From sequence record DRR378314_468: a DNA stretch of 20,000 bases. One strand, 5' to 3'. Shown here piece by piece: positions 8,426 through 16,267 of this stretch. The notes under the pieces were generated by a model. It did not search any database, was not told the origin of the DNA, and saw only the letters and a list, made by a program, of their open reading frames with translations. Every line of letters begins with the position of its first letter. Position 1 is the stretch's first letter. The translations under genes were made by a program, and so were the position numbers.

Positions 8426-9456
8426 GAAAAGCTATTATAACAGGGATTACAGGTCAAGATGCGGCCTATTTAGCCGAATTGCTATTGGACAAAGGTTATC
8501 AAGTATATGGCACATATCGAAGAACAAGTTCTACCAATTTTTGGCGGATAGAAGATTTAGGTTTAGAGACGCACCCAAACCTCCATTTGTTGGAGTATGA
8601 CCTAGTCGATTTATCCAGTGCTTTTAGAATTATATCAGAAATTCAACCCGATGAGGTTTACAATCTAGCGGCTCAAAGCTTTGTTGGGGTTTCATTTTCC
8701 CAGCCAATTGCCACCGCCCAAATTACAGGTGTTGGAGCAATGAACTTATTGGAGGCAATTAGGACCATAAATCCAAAAATCAAGTTTTATCAAGCTTCTA
8801 CTTCAGAAATGTTCGGCAAGGTAAGGGCCATTCCCCAATCGGAAGAAACACCTTTTCATCCAAGAAGCCCCTATGGGGTTGCCAAGGTTTTCGCACATTG
8901 GGCAACATTGAACTATCAAGAATCCTACGATTTATTTGCCTCAAGTGGTATCTTGTTCAATCACGAATCACCGTTGAGGGGCAAAGAATTTGTTACAAGA
9001 AAGATTACAGACTCAGTTGCCAAAATTTCCTTAGGAATGTTGGATGTTATCGAGTTGGGCAACCTGGACGCAAAAAGAGATTGGGGATACGCCAAAGACT
9101 ATGTTGAAGGAATGTACAGAATACTGCAGGCCGAACAGCCTGATGTGTTTGTTTTGGCCACGGGTAGAACAGAAACTGTCCGGGATTTTGTTGAGATGGC
9201 ATTCAAAGCCATAGGTGTTGATATGAAATGGCAAGGAAAGGATGAAAATGAGATAGGATTAGATAAGAAGACAGGTAAAACACTAGTTAAAGTCAACCCA
9301 AAATTTTACCGTCCTGCCGAGGTAGATTTACTGATAGGAGACCCCACAAAGGCTAAAAATATTCTAGGATGGGAAGCAAAGACCTCCCTTGAGGAATTGT
9401 GTGAAATGATGGTAAAGTCTGACATTGAAAAAAATAAAAATGGAAAGTCCTATTAG
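8422..9456 (+). CDS. gmd: GDP-mannose 4,6-dehydratase
   Basis: [67 protein letters not shown] and RPAEVDLL are all present. Confidence 0.97.
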   Translation: MRKAIITGITGQDAAYLAELLLDKGYQVYGTYRRTSSTNFWRIEDLGLETHPNLHLLEYDLVDLSSAFRIISEIQPDEVYNLAAQSFVGVSFSQPIATAQITGVGAMNLLEAIRTINPKIKFYQASTSEMFGKVRAIPQSEETPFHPRSPYGVAKVFAHWATLNYQESYDLFASSGILFNHESPLRGKEFVTRKITDSVAKISLGMLDVIELGNLDAKRDWGYAKDYVEGMYRILQAEQPDVFVLATGRTETVRDFVEMAFKAIGVDMKWQGKDENEIGLDKKTGKTLVKVNPKFYRPAEVDLLIGDPTKAKNILGWEAKTSLEELCEMMVKSDIEKNKNGKSY

Positions 9457-10339
9457 TAAAACAGTTTTAATAACCGGCATTACTGGTTTTACTGGAAGAC
9501 ATTTAGAATCTGAACTCTCAAGTAGTGGTTTTAAAGTATATGGGACAACCTATTCCAAGCCAAAGCAAGAAAATCATTTCCAATGCAACATTTTGGATCT
9601 CGATCAATTGACAAAAGCGGTTTTAAGAACTGACCCTGATTATGTTATTCATCTTGCTGCAATTTCATTTGTGGCCACCAAAGATGTTACTAATATTTAC
9701 GCTACCAATGTGCAGGGAACACTCAACCTAATAGAGGTGTTACTTGGTGCGGGAAAACCAATAAAAAAAATCATTTTGGCCAGTAGTGCGGCCGTTTATG
9801 GTAACATTGGCAGTGTTCTTTCCGAAGACATGTGCCCCAAACCGGTAAATCACTATGGGAACAGTAAGTTGGCAATGGAGAATATGGTTGCCAATTATTT
9901 TGATAAACTCAATATTATAATTGCAAGGCCATTTAATTATACAGGGACAGGTCAAGAAGACCATTTCTTAATACCTAAAATCGTTAAGCATTTTAAGGAA
10001 AAGAAAGAAGTAATTAAACTAGGCAACCTTGACACCTATAGAGAGTATAATGATGTGAAGTTTTTAGTAAACTGTTATAGAAAATTACTTTTTAGCGATT
10101 ACAAATCCGGAGTTGTGAACATTGCTAGTGGCACAACATTTTCTATAAATGATATTTTATCCATTATGGCAGAGCTGTCGTCTTACAAGATTAATGTTGA
10201 AGTAGATAAGCAATTTGTCCGAAAAAATGAGATAAAAGAACTCAAAGGATCACCGGAAAAATTAATACAACTTATAGGAAACAAGTCGGAATCTAAAAGT
10301 TCCTTAAAAAATACGTTGGAAGAAATGTATATTAGTTAA
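9440..10339 (+). CDS. GDP-4-keto-6-deoxy-D-mannose reductase (Rmd/Tld type; GDP-D-rhamnose or GDP-6-deoxy-D-talose synthase)
   Basis: SDR motifs [43 protein letters not shown] and LGNLD. It directly follows and overlaps gmd. ATG at 9440 is preferred over the track's TTG at 9425. Confidence 0.8.
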   Translation: MESPISKTVLITGITGFTGRHLESELSSSGFKVYGTTYSKPKQENHFQCNILDLDQLTKAVLRTDPDYVIHLAAISFVATKDVTNIYATNVQGTLNLIEVLLGAGKPIKKIILASSAAVYGNIGSVLSEDMCPKPVNHYGNSKLAMENMVANYFDKLNIIIARPFNYTGTGQEDHFLIPKIVKHFKEKKEVIKLGNLDTYREYNDVKFLVNCYRKLLFSDYKSGVVNIASGTTFSINDILSIMAELSSYKINVEVDKQFVRKNEIKELKGSPEKLIQLIGNKSESKSSLKNTLEEMYIS

Positions 10340-10394
10340 AAATGATGATACCCTTTGACAAGGTATTGTCCGAATTTAATGCGCTGGACAAAGA

Positions 10395-11747
10395 ATGTTT
10401 TTCAAACAACATAGATATTCAAACCTAATAACCCCAACCTCATATATTTTTGATTTGGTGGTTTTGAATATATTCCTATATATCTTGCCTATAAACTTCC
10501 AAACCCCCGTTCTAATTCATGTGTATATATCGCTTGCATGGATAATTATTTCAACAAAAAACGAATTTTATACCGTTTACAGGTTTTCTAAGGTTACCTA
10601 TATCATCAGGCTGCTATTTGTACAGTTTGTGTTCTTCTTTTTAATGCTATACGCGTTTATTGGGTTTTTCAAACAACCAATCATAAGTAGACTGGCCCTG
10701 GGCGAATATTTTATCATAGTTTTTCTGATTATCTCAACCTTAAAGCTCTTGAGTTATTTCCTGTTGATGGAGTATAGGGAGAAAGTAAAAGGAAACTTAA
10801 GAAACGTCGCTATAATTGGAAAAAACAAAAAAACAGATCAACTTAGGCAGGTTTTTAATGAGAGGGCAGAGTTTGGATACAACTTCCAAAAACAATTTTC
10901 ACCTAAATCCAAAGATTTTGTGCTGGAAGAGTGTTTCGATTATATTTTGGGAAACAATATCGATGAGGTCTACTGCTCTGTCTCGGAGCTTAAAAATGAA
11001 GAGATTGCCAAGTTCATCAGCTTTGCGGACAATAACTTAAAAACACTCAAATTTATACCCGACAATAAAAACATCTTTTCCAAAAAGTTAAAGTTCGAGT
11101 ATTACGATTACATACCTGTTCTTTCTCTTAGGGATATCCCGTTGGACAGCCCCATAAATGCATTTATTAAAAGAAGTTTTGATATTGTTTTTTCTCTCGT
11201 AGTTATTATTGGTCTACTTTCTTGGCTAACACCCATATTAGCATTGTTGATAGCCCTTGAGTCTAAGGGCCCTGTGTTTTTTAGACAAACCAGAAATGGA
11301 ATAGACAACAGGGAGTTCTATTGCTATAAGTTTCGGTCGATGGCGCCCAATAAAAACGCGGATGACATTCAAGCGACCAAAAATGATATGCGAATCACCA
11401 AAATTGGAAAGTTCATTAGAAAAACCAGTATAGATGAACTCCCGCAATTTTATAACGTTTTGTTTGGAACCATGTCCGTAGTGGGTCCACGCCCTCATAT
11501 GGTAAAGCACACCAACGAATATGCCAGCAGTGTCGATAAATATATGGTGCGTCATTTCGTAAAACCGGGCATTACCGGTTTGGCCCAAGTGAGAGGCTAC
11601 AGAGGAGAAATAGAAACTGAAACCGATATCCAAAATCGGACTAAGTTCGATATTTTTTATATTGAGAACTGGTCATTGTTCTTGGATTTAAAAATCATTG
11701 TACAAACTGTACTTAATGCATTAAAAGGAGAGGCAAAAGCCTATTAA
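10395..11747 (+). CDS. wcaJ: Undecaprenyl-phosphate hexose-1-phosphate transferase (WcaJ-type initiating transferase)
   Basis: Four N-terminal TMs, a central Rossmann-like region, then the Bac_transf domain: KRSFDI, KFRSM, RKTSIDELPQF.NV..G.MSVVGPRP, VKPGITGLAQV and YIENWSLFLDLKII. Confidence 0.9.
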   Translation: MFFKQHRYSNLITPTSYIFDLVVLNIFLYILPINFQTPVLIHVYISLAWIIISTKNEFYTVYRFSKVTYIIRLLFVQFVFFFLMLYAFIGFFKQPIISRLALGEYFIIVFLIISTLKLLSYFLLMEYREKVKGNLRNVAIIGKNKKTDQLRQVFNERAEFGYNFQKQFSPKSKDFVLEECFDYILGNNIDEVYCSVSELKNEEIAKFISFADNNLKTLKFIPDNKNIFSKKLKFEYYDYIPVLSLRDIPLDSPINAFIKRSFDIVFSLVVIIGLLSWLTPILALLIALESKGPVFFRQTRNGIDNREFYCYKFRSMAPNKNADDIQATKNDMRITKIGKFIRKTSIDELPQFYNVLFGTMSVVGPRPHMVKHTNEYASSVDKYMVRHFVKPGITGLAQVRGYRGEIETETDIQNRTKFDIFYIENWSLFLDLKIIVQTVLNALKGEAKAY

Positions 11748-11753
11748 AATCAA

Positions 11754-12725
11754 ATGAAAAAAACACTTATCACCGGAGCAGCTGGGTTTTTAGGGTCTCA
11801 CCTTTGTGACAGGTTTATAGCCGAGGGCCACCATGTTATTGGGATGGACAACCTTATCACCGGGGACATCAAAAACATTGAACATCTATTTCACCTAAAA
11901 CGGTTCGAGTTTTTTCACCACGATGTTACCAAATTTGTTCATGTTCCTGGCAATATGGATTATATCCTGCACTTTGCCTCGCCAGCAAGTCCAATTGATT
12001 ATTTAAAAATTCCGATAGAAACGCTAAAGGTGGGTTCTTTGGGAACACTCAACTTGTTGGGATTGGCCAGGGATCACGGGGCCCGAATTCTAGTCGCATC
12101 AACTTCGGAGGTTTATGGAGACCCCTTGGTACATCCCCAAAGCGAAGAATATTTTGGCAATGTTAGCCCAATTGGCCCACGAGGGGTGTACGATGAAGCC
12201 AAACGTTTTATGGAGTCCATTACCATGGCCTATCACCGGCATCACGGTTTGGATACACGCATCGTTCGGATTTTCAACACTTACGGTTCCCGTATGCGGT
12301 TAAACGATGGTCGTGTCGTCCCGGCTTTTATGGGACAGGCACTTCGTGGCGAGGATTTGACCGTTTTTGGAGACGGTTCGCAATCACGCTCGTTTACCTA
12401 TATCGACGACCAGATTGAGGGAATTTATCGCCTATTGATGAGCGATTATGTGGAACCCATCAATATTGGAAATCCGGATGAGACCACTATTTTGGAATTT
12501 GCCGAAGAAATCATCAAGCTCACAGGAACCGACCAAAAAATTATATTCAAGCCATTGCCACAAGATGATCCCATGCAACGACAGCCAGATATTTCCCGAG
12601 CCAAAGAAATCTTGGATTGGGAACCAAAGGTACACCGCTCCGAAGGCCTTAAAAAAGTATTCGAATACTTTAAGTCACTTTCACACGACCAGTTGTGGGA
12701 ATCTCATAGGGAATTTTTGCCGTAA
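11754..12725 (+). CDS. uxs: UDP-glucuronate decarboxylase (UDP-xylose synthase) family SDR
   Basis: [56 protein letters not shown] and [10 protein letters not shown]. Confidence 0.92.
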   Translation: MKKTLITGAAGFLGSHLCDRFIAEGHHVIGMDNLITGDIKNIEHLFHLKRFEFFHHDVTKFVHVPGNMDYILHFASPASPIDYLKIPIETLKVGSLGTLNLLGLARDHGARILVASTSEVYGDPLVHPQSEEYFGNVSPIGPRGVYDEAKRFMESITMAYHRHHGLDTRIVRIFNTYGSRMRLNDGRVVPAFMGQALRGEDLTVFGDGSQSRSFTYIDDQIEGIYRLLMSDYVEPINIGNPDETTILEFAEEIIKLTGTDQKIIFKPLPQDDPMQRQPDISRAKEILDWEPKVHRSEGLKKVFEYFKSLSHDQLWESHREFLP

Positions 12726-12730
12726 TTTTT

Positions 12731-12832
12731 TGTCACTTTAAAGTGTGGAGTGTAACGACGACGGAGAAATCTGTTTGTTCTTGAGATTTCTCACACTCTC
12801 CCGATAGTTATTGGGATTCGGTTCGAAATGAC
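12731..12832. repeat. Degenerate REP-like inverted-repeat element (TGTCA...GAGAAATCT / AGATTTCTC...CGAAATGAC)
   Basis: Perfect 9-bp inverted repeat GAGAAATCT (12764-12772) / AGATTTCTC (12784-12792). Outer pairs are GAGTGT (12748-12753) / ACACTC (12793-12798) and GTCA (12732-12735) / TGAC (12829-12832). A 12-bp palindrome CACTTTAAAGTG lies at 12734-12745. It resembles common flavobacterial intergenic repeats. Confidence 0.75.
12799..12816. repeat. Short palindromic repeat TCCCGATAGTTATTGGGA nested in the larger element
   Basis: It differs by two C>T changes from the perfect palindrome TCCCGATAGCTATCGGGA, which I recall as a frequent Flavobacteriaceae repeat. Confidence 0.7.
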
Positions 12833-12863
12833 GAAGAGTATTCGTGGTGATTTGTGGCATTCG

Positions 12864-12879
12864 TGTCTGCAAGCAGGCA
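12864..12879. repeat. Short imperfect palindrome TGTCTGC-AA-GCAGGCA
   Basis: 7-bp arms with one G-T pair. A half copy GCAGGCAGG recurs at 13071-13079. Confidence 0.55.
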
Positions 12880-12909
12880 AACTCCATAACAGAACACCAC
12901 TTCCAACAT

Positions 12910-12938
12910 CAAGCACAAGTTCAAGCGTCAAGCGCAAG
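12910..12938 (+). repeat. Five tandem CAAG-core 6-7-mers
   Basis: CAAG occurs at 12910, 12916, 12922, 12929 and 12935. Confidence 0.5.
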
Positions 12939-13046
12939 AGAAATTGTCCCTAGAGGTGACCATAGGGGGTGTGGGACACAAATTTCACGAATTTGCACGA
13001 ACGGATGCTTTCTGACCCTTAACAAGTTCAAACTTCCGACTTTTAT

Positions 13047-13070
13047 CAACAACCCAATAACCTAATAACA
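13047..13070 (+). repeat. Three degenerate 8-mer tandem repeats
   Basis: CAACAACC-CAATAACC-TAATAACA. Confidence 0.5.
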
Positions 13071-13125
13071 GCAGGCAGGCGTACCAAGCAGAGAGTTTTA
13101 GATCATTTTAAAATAACAGTCAAAT

Positions 13126-13149
13126 TAAATTTGAATTGCGTTATTTTTG
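13126..13149 (+). promoter_or_regulatory. Bacteroidota -7 promoter element(s) for purD
   Basis: TAnnTTTG matches TAAATTTG (13126-13133) and TATTTTTG (13142-13149), the latter 15 nt upstream of the purD ATG. No clear -33 TTTG at canonical spacing. Confidence 0.55.
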
Positions 13150-13164
13150 CCAAAACGTTGAATC

Positions 13165-14436
13165 ATGAATATCCTGGTTTTGGGTTCTGGTGGTCGCGAA
13201 CATGCCATTTCCCTTAAAATTTCACAAAGTCCGAAAACATCCAAACTATTTGTAGCGCCCGGTAATGCCGGCACTTCACAAATCGCCACAAATGTTGAGG
13301 TGGGTGTCAACGATTTTAAAGCCATTAAAGAATTGGTGTTGAAAGAAAACATTGATTTAGTAGTGGTAGGACCAGAGGACCCCTTGGTAAATGGAGTACA
13401 CGACTTTTTCCTGAATGATGAAGAACTAAAAACCGTTCCTGTAATCGGGCCAGAGAAAGCAGCAGCGGAACTCGAAGGCAGCAAGGAGTTCGCCAAAGAG
13501 TTTATGATGCGACACAACATTCCAACGGCAGCCTATCAAAGTTTTACCAGTGAAACATTGGAAGAAGGTAATAGCTTTTTGGAAACCTTAAAACCACCCT
13601 ATGTGCTCAAAGCCGATGGTTTGGCGGCAGGTAAAGGCGTTTTGATTCTTCAGGATTTACAAGAAGCCAAAGGTGAGCTCAAATCCATGTTGCTAGACTC
13701 CAAATTCGGCAACGCAAGTGCCACGGTGGTCATCGAGGAATTCTTGGACGGCATTGAACTGAGCTGTTTTGTGCTTACTGATGGCACCAACTACAAAATT
13801 CTTCCGACCGCCAAAGATTACAAAAGAATAGGCGAGGGAGACACCGGACTCAATACGGGAGGCATGGGAGCTATTTCCCCTGTGCCCTTTGCCGATTCGG
13901 CCTTCATGGATAAGATTGAGCGTCAAATCGTAAAACCTACCGTAGACGGCCTTAAAAAGGACAATCTGCCCTATGTTGGTTTTATCTTTATTGGTTTGAT
14001 AAAAGTCGGAGACGAACCCAAGGTAATCGAGTACAACGTTCGTATGGGCGACCCGGAGACCGAAGTGGTCATTCCACGGCTTAAAACGGATCTGGTCGAA
14101 GTACTTCTCGCAATGGCCAATGGAACTTTGGACCAAATAAATCTTCAAATTGACGAAAGGGCAGCGACAACCGTGATGGCGGTGTCCGGAGGCTATCCTG
14201 AAGCGTATAAAAAGGGCAAGGAAATATCAGGAACCGAAAACATCAAAGATTCCATAGTGTTCCACGCGGGAACAAAATTATCCAATGGAAAAGTAGTTAC
14301 CAATGGAGGGCGGGTAATAGCCATCACTTCCTTTGGAAAAGATTTTAGGGAAGCGTTAAAAACATCTTATCAAAATATGGAAAAGCTCCATTTTGATGGA
14401 ATGTATTACCGAAAGGATCTAGGATTCGATTTATAG
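13165..14436 (+). CDS. purD: Phosphoribosylamine--glycine ligase
   Basis: MNILVLGSGGREHA, APGNAG, VVGPEDPLV, LEGSKEFAK, KADGLAAGKGV, GLNTGGMGA, EYNVRMGDPETE and VFHAGT. Confidence 0.98.
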   Translation: MNILVLGSGGREHAISLKISQSPKTSKLFVAPGNAGTSQIATNVEVGVNDFKAIKELVLKENIDLVVVGPEDPLVNGVHDFFLNDEELKTVPVIGPEKAAAELEGSKEFAKEFMMRHNIPTAAYQSFTSETLEEGNSFLETLKPPYVLKADGLAAGKGVLILQDLQEAKGELKSMLLDSKFGNASATVVIEEFLDGIELSCFVLTDGTNYKILPTAKDYKRIGEGDTGLNTGGMGAISPVPFADSAFMDKIERQIVKPTVDGLKKDNLPYVGFIFIGLIKVGDEPKVIEYNVRMGDPETEVVIPRLKTDLVEVLLAMANGTLDQINLQIDERAATTVMAVSGGYPEAYKKGKEISGTENIKDSIVFHAGTKLSNGKVVTNGGRVIAITSFGKDFREALKTSYQNMEKLHFDGMYYRKDLGFDL

Positions 14437-14652
14437 GTAAGAGTGAGAACTGATACTCTTATCTTCTTCACCACTTTCATTGAAAATTTTCAATTGGCCC
14501 ATCCAATAAACCATGGCTACAAATCCAATGATCATAAAAATCCAGTTAATGGAGTTGGCACCCCACCAGCTGTCCATAAAACGGAAAAAATCCAGTGGTG
14601 CGAAAAGGTAGTTTACAAATAAGTCCTCTATACCGTAAAAAAACTTGCTCAT
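14431..14652 (-). CDS. Small single-TM membrane protein (DUF6341-like, conserved in Flavobacteriaceae)
   Basis: 73 aa: FFYGIEDLFVNYLFAPLDFFR...WWGANSINWIFMIIGFVAMVYWMGQLK...EEDKSISSHSYL. Convergent with purD with a 6-nt overlap, and has its own TAnnTTTG upstream. Family name is from recall. Confidence 0.75.
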   Translation of the reverse strand: MSKFFYGIEDLFVNYLFAPLDFFRFMDSWWGANSINWIFMIIGFVAMVYWMGQLKIFNESGEEDKSISSHSYL

Positions 14653-14671
14653 GTTGGCTATATTTACTTTA

Positions 14672-14679
14672 CAAAAGTA
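14672..14679 (-). promoter_or_regulatory. Bacteroidota -7 promoter element for the 73-aa gene
   Basis: CAAAAGTA on + reads TACTTTTG on - (TAnnTTTG), 19 nt upstream of the ATG at 14652. Confidence 0.6.
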
Positions 14680-14691
14680 GCAAAAGATAGG

Positions 14692-15621
14692 ATGATTTCA
14701 AGCTTTTTCGGAAAAACTAAACCCATAAATTACATTGTTCTTGCCATTCTCTTGTTCCTTTTTTACTTCACCGATGTTTTTTTTCAAATAGGGGAACAAA
14801 GAATCAATCAGGTTATTGCATTGGAACTTTTGCTGTTCACGGTATTATTGTTCTCCGTATTTACCATCAACCAAATTGTAAGGGCCGAGAAGGCTACGGA
14901 ATCCAACTCCTACGCCATGCTCTTTTTTTTGCTTTTGATCGTGACATTCTCCGATGAACTGGTGCTTCAATATGTGATTTTTGCCAACTTTTTTCTGCTA
15001 CTGGCTTTTTGGAGGATATTATCCGTCAAATCTATTAGAAACGTAAAGCACAAAATTTTTGATGCATCACTTTTGATCACCATTGCAAGTTTATTTTACG
15101 ATTGGGCCTTGGCCTTTATGTTCCTTGTTTTTTTTGTAATCGGTGTTTACGATCGTAGGACATTTAAAAACTGGCTAGTGCCATTTTTGGGTATGGCCAC
15201 GATATTCTTTCTTACGTTCACTTTCTTGCAATTAAAAGGCTCTTTGAATTTTTTTGAGGAGCATTATCAGTTCTCTTTGGGACTTTTCACCACCAAATCA
15301 TTTTTTCAGGTCTTGAACATTAAGACCTTGATCTACCTTATCTTGACCATTGTCGTTTCTGTTCTGGTGTTTGTTCGACTGCGAAATACCAGCGGGGGCA
15401 AACTACTGTTGCTAAGAATAGTGTTCTTGATCTTTGTTTTGGGGACAGGCATCATCCTGTTCACCCCTGCGGATGCTTCTCCAGTAATCATAACATTTTT
15501 TCCAGCAGCCGTTTTTTTTACCAATTATTTCGAAGCCATTGCAAAGCGTAAACTCCAAGAGGTAGTACTGATCGGTTGCATGGCTTTGGCCTGTTCGCTT
15601 TTTGCCATTCATCTTAACTAA
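14692..15621 (+). CDS. Conserved multi-pass membrane protein (DUF6427-like)
   Basis: 309 aa with about 9 TMs. MISSFFGKTKPINY, KIFDASLLITIASLFY.W and FKNWLVPFLG. Position between purD and DUF4254 is as recalled for Flavobacteriaceae. Confidence 0.7.
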   Translation: MISSFFGKTKPINYIVLAILLFLFYFTDVFFQIGEQRINQVIALELLLFTVLLFSVFTINQIVRAEKATESNSYAMLFFLLLIVTFSDELVLQYVIFANFFLLLAFWRILSVKSIRNVKHKIFDASLLITIASLFYDWALAFMFLVFFVIGVYDRRTFKNWLVPFLGMATIFFLTFTFLQLKGSLNFFEEHYQFSLGLFTTKSFFQVLNIKTLIYLILTIVVSVLVFVRLRNTSGGKLLLLRIVFLIFVLGTGIILFTPADASPVIITFFPAAVFFTNYFEAIAKRKLQEVVLIGCMALACSLFAIHLN

Positions 15622-15637
15622 GTATGGCATAAAGCAA

Positions 15638-15645
15638 TATCTTTG
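15638..15645 (+). promoter_or_regulatory. Bacteroidota -7 promoter element for the DUF4254-GT9 pair
   Basis: TATCTTTG (TAnnTTTG), 16 nt upstream of the ATG at 15662. Confidence 0.55.
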
Positions 15646-15661
15646 AACAAATTTTATAGTT

Positions 15662-16267
15662 ATGTTCAGCGATTTTGCCTTCAAAATATTCCAAAAAAGT
15701 ATAGATACCTATCACATCAAGGATGATGTACAACAAGAATTTTCCAATCCTTATCCAAAGGATAAAATAGAGCATTTACTTTACAGAAAAAACTGGATAG
15801 ATACCGTACAATGGCATTACGAGGATATTATCCGCGACCCGGGAATTGAACCTGTAGCAGCCTTGGAGCTCAAAAGAAAAATAGATGCCAGCAATCAAGA
15901 CCGTACGGATTTGGTGGAGTATATCGATAGCTATTTTTTGAATAAATACCAATCGGTTCAGGTAAAGGGTGGTGCTACTATCAATACCGAAAGTCCTGCG
16001 TGGGCCATCGATCGGCTTTCCATTTTGGCACTGAAGATCTATCACATGCAAGAGGAAGTGAACCGTACTGATGCGTCTCAAGAACACGTCGATAAATGTA
16101 GGGCGAAGTTGGATGTTCTTTTGGAGCAGAAGAAAGATCTTTCCACCGCCATTGATCAATTGTTGGCAGATATAGAATCCGGAGATAAGTACATGAAGGT
16201 TTACAAGCAGATGAAAATGTATAACGACGATGAACTAAACCCTGTGCTTCGTGGACAAAAAGGGTAA
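15662..16267 (+). CDS. DUF4254 domain protein
   Basis: KNWIDTVQWHYEDIIRDP, KRKIDASNQDRTDLVEYID, NTESPAWAIDRLSILALKIYHM and MKVYKQMKMYND. Confidence 0.85.
   Translation: MFSDFAFKIFQKSIDTYHIKDDVQQEFSNPYPKDKIEHLLYRKNWIDTVQWHYEDIIRDPGIEPVAALELKRKIDASNQDRTDLVEYIDSYFLNKYQSVQVKGGATINTESPAWAIDRLSILALKIYHMQEEVNRTDASQEHVDKCRAKLDVLLEQKKDLSTAIDQLLADIESGDKYMKVYKQMKMYNDDELNPVLRGQKG

Larger units (their letters stand above)
12840..13001. repeat. Inverted pair of ATTYGTG x3 / CACRAA(T) x3 short-period repeats
   Basis: ATTCGTG (12840), ATTTGTG (12850) and ATTCGTG (12859) mirror CACAAAT (12977), CACGAAT (12986) and CACGAA (12996) with 9-10 nt periodicity. Confidence 0.7.

Noticed and set aside
9425-9439. TTG start for the reductase
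   Set aside because: The in-frame ATG at 9440 sits closer to the Rossmann motif and gives a shorter overlap with gmd.
10348-10391. Two small hairpins (ATACC/GGTAT and TTGTCC/GGACAA) before wcaJ
   Set aside because: Stems are only 5-6 bp with no U-tract, so they cannot be supported as a terminator or regulator.
12844-13065. 73-aa ORF in the uxs-purD spacer
   Set aside because: It lies entirely over repeat elements, has a GTG start and shows no protein-like features.
12726-13125. Possible CRISPR array or intact IS
   Set aside because: There are no identical repeats with regular unique spacers, no cas or transposase gene, and no clear target-site duplication.
13125-14148. Antisense ORFs (131 aa and 151 aa) over purD, and similar shadow ORFs over other genes
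   Set aside because: They are opposite-strand or alternate-frame shadows of well-supported genes with no recognisable motifs.
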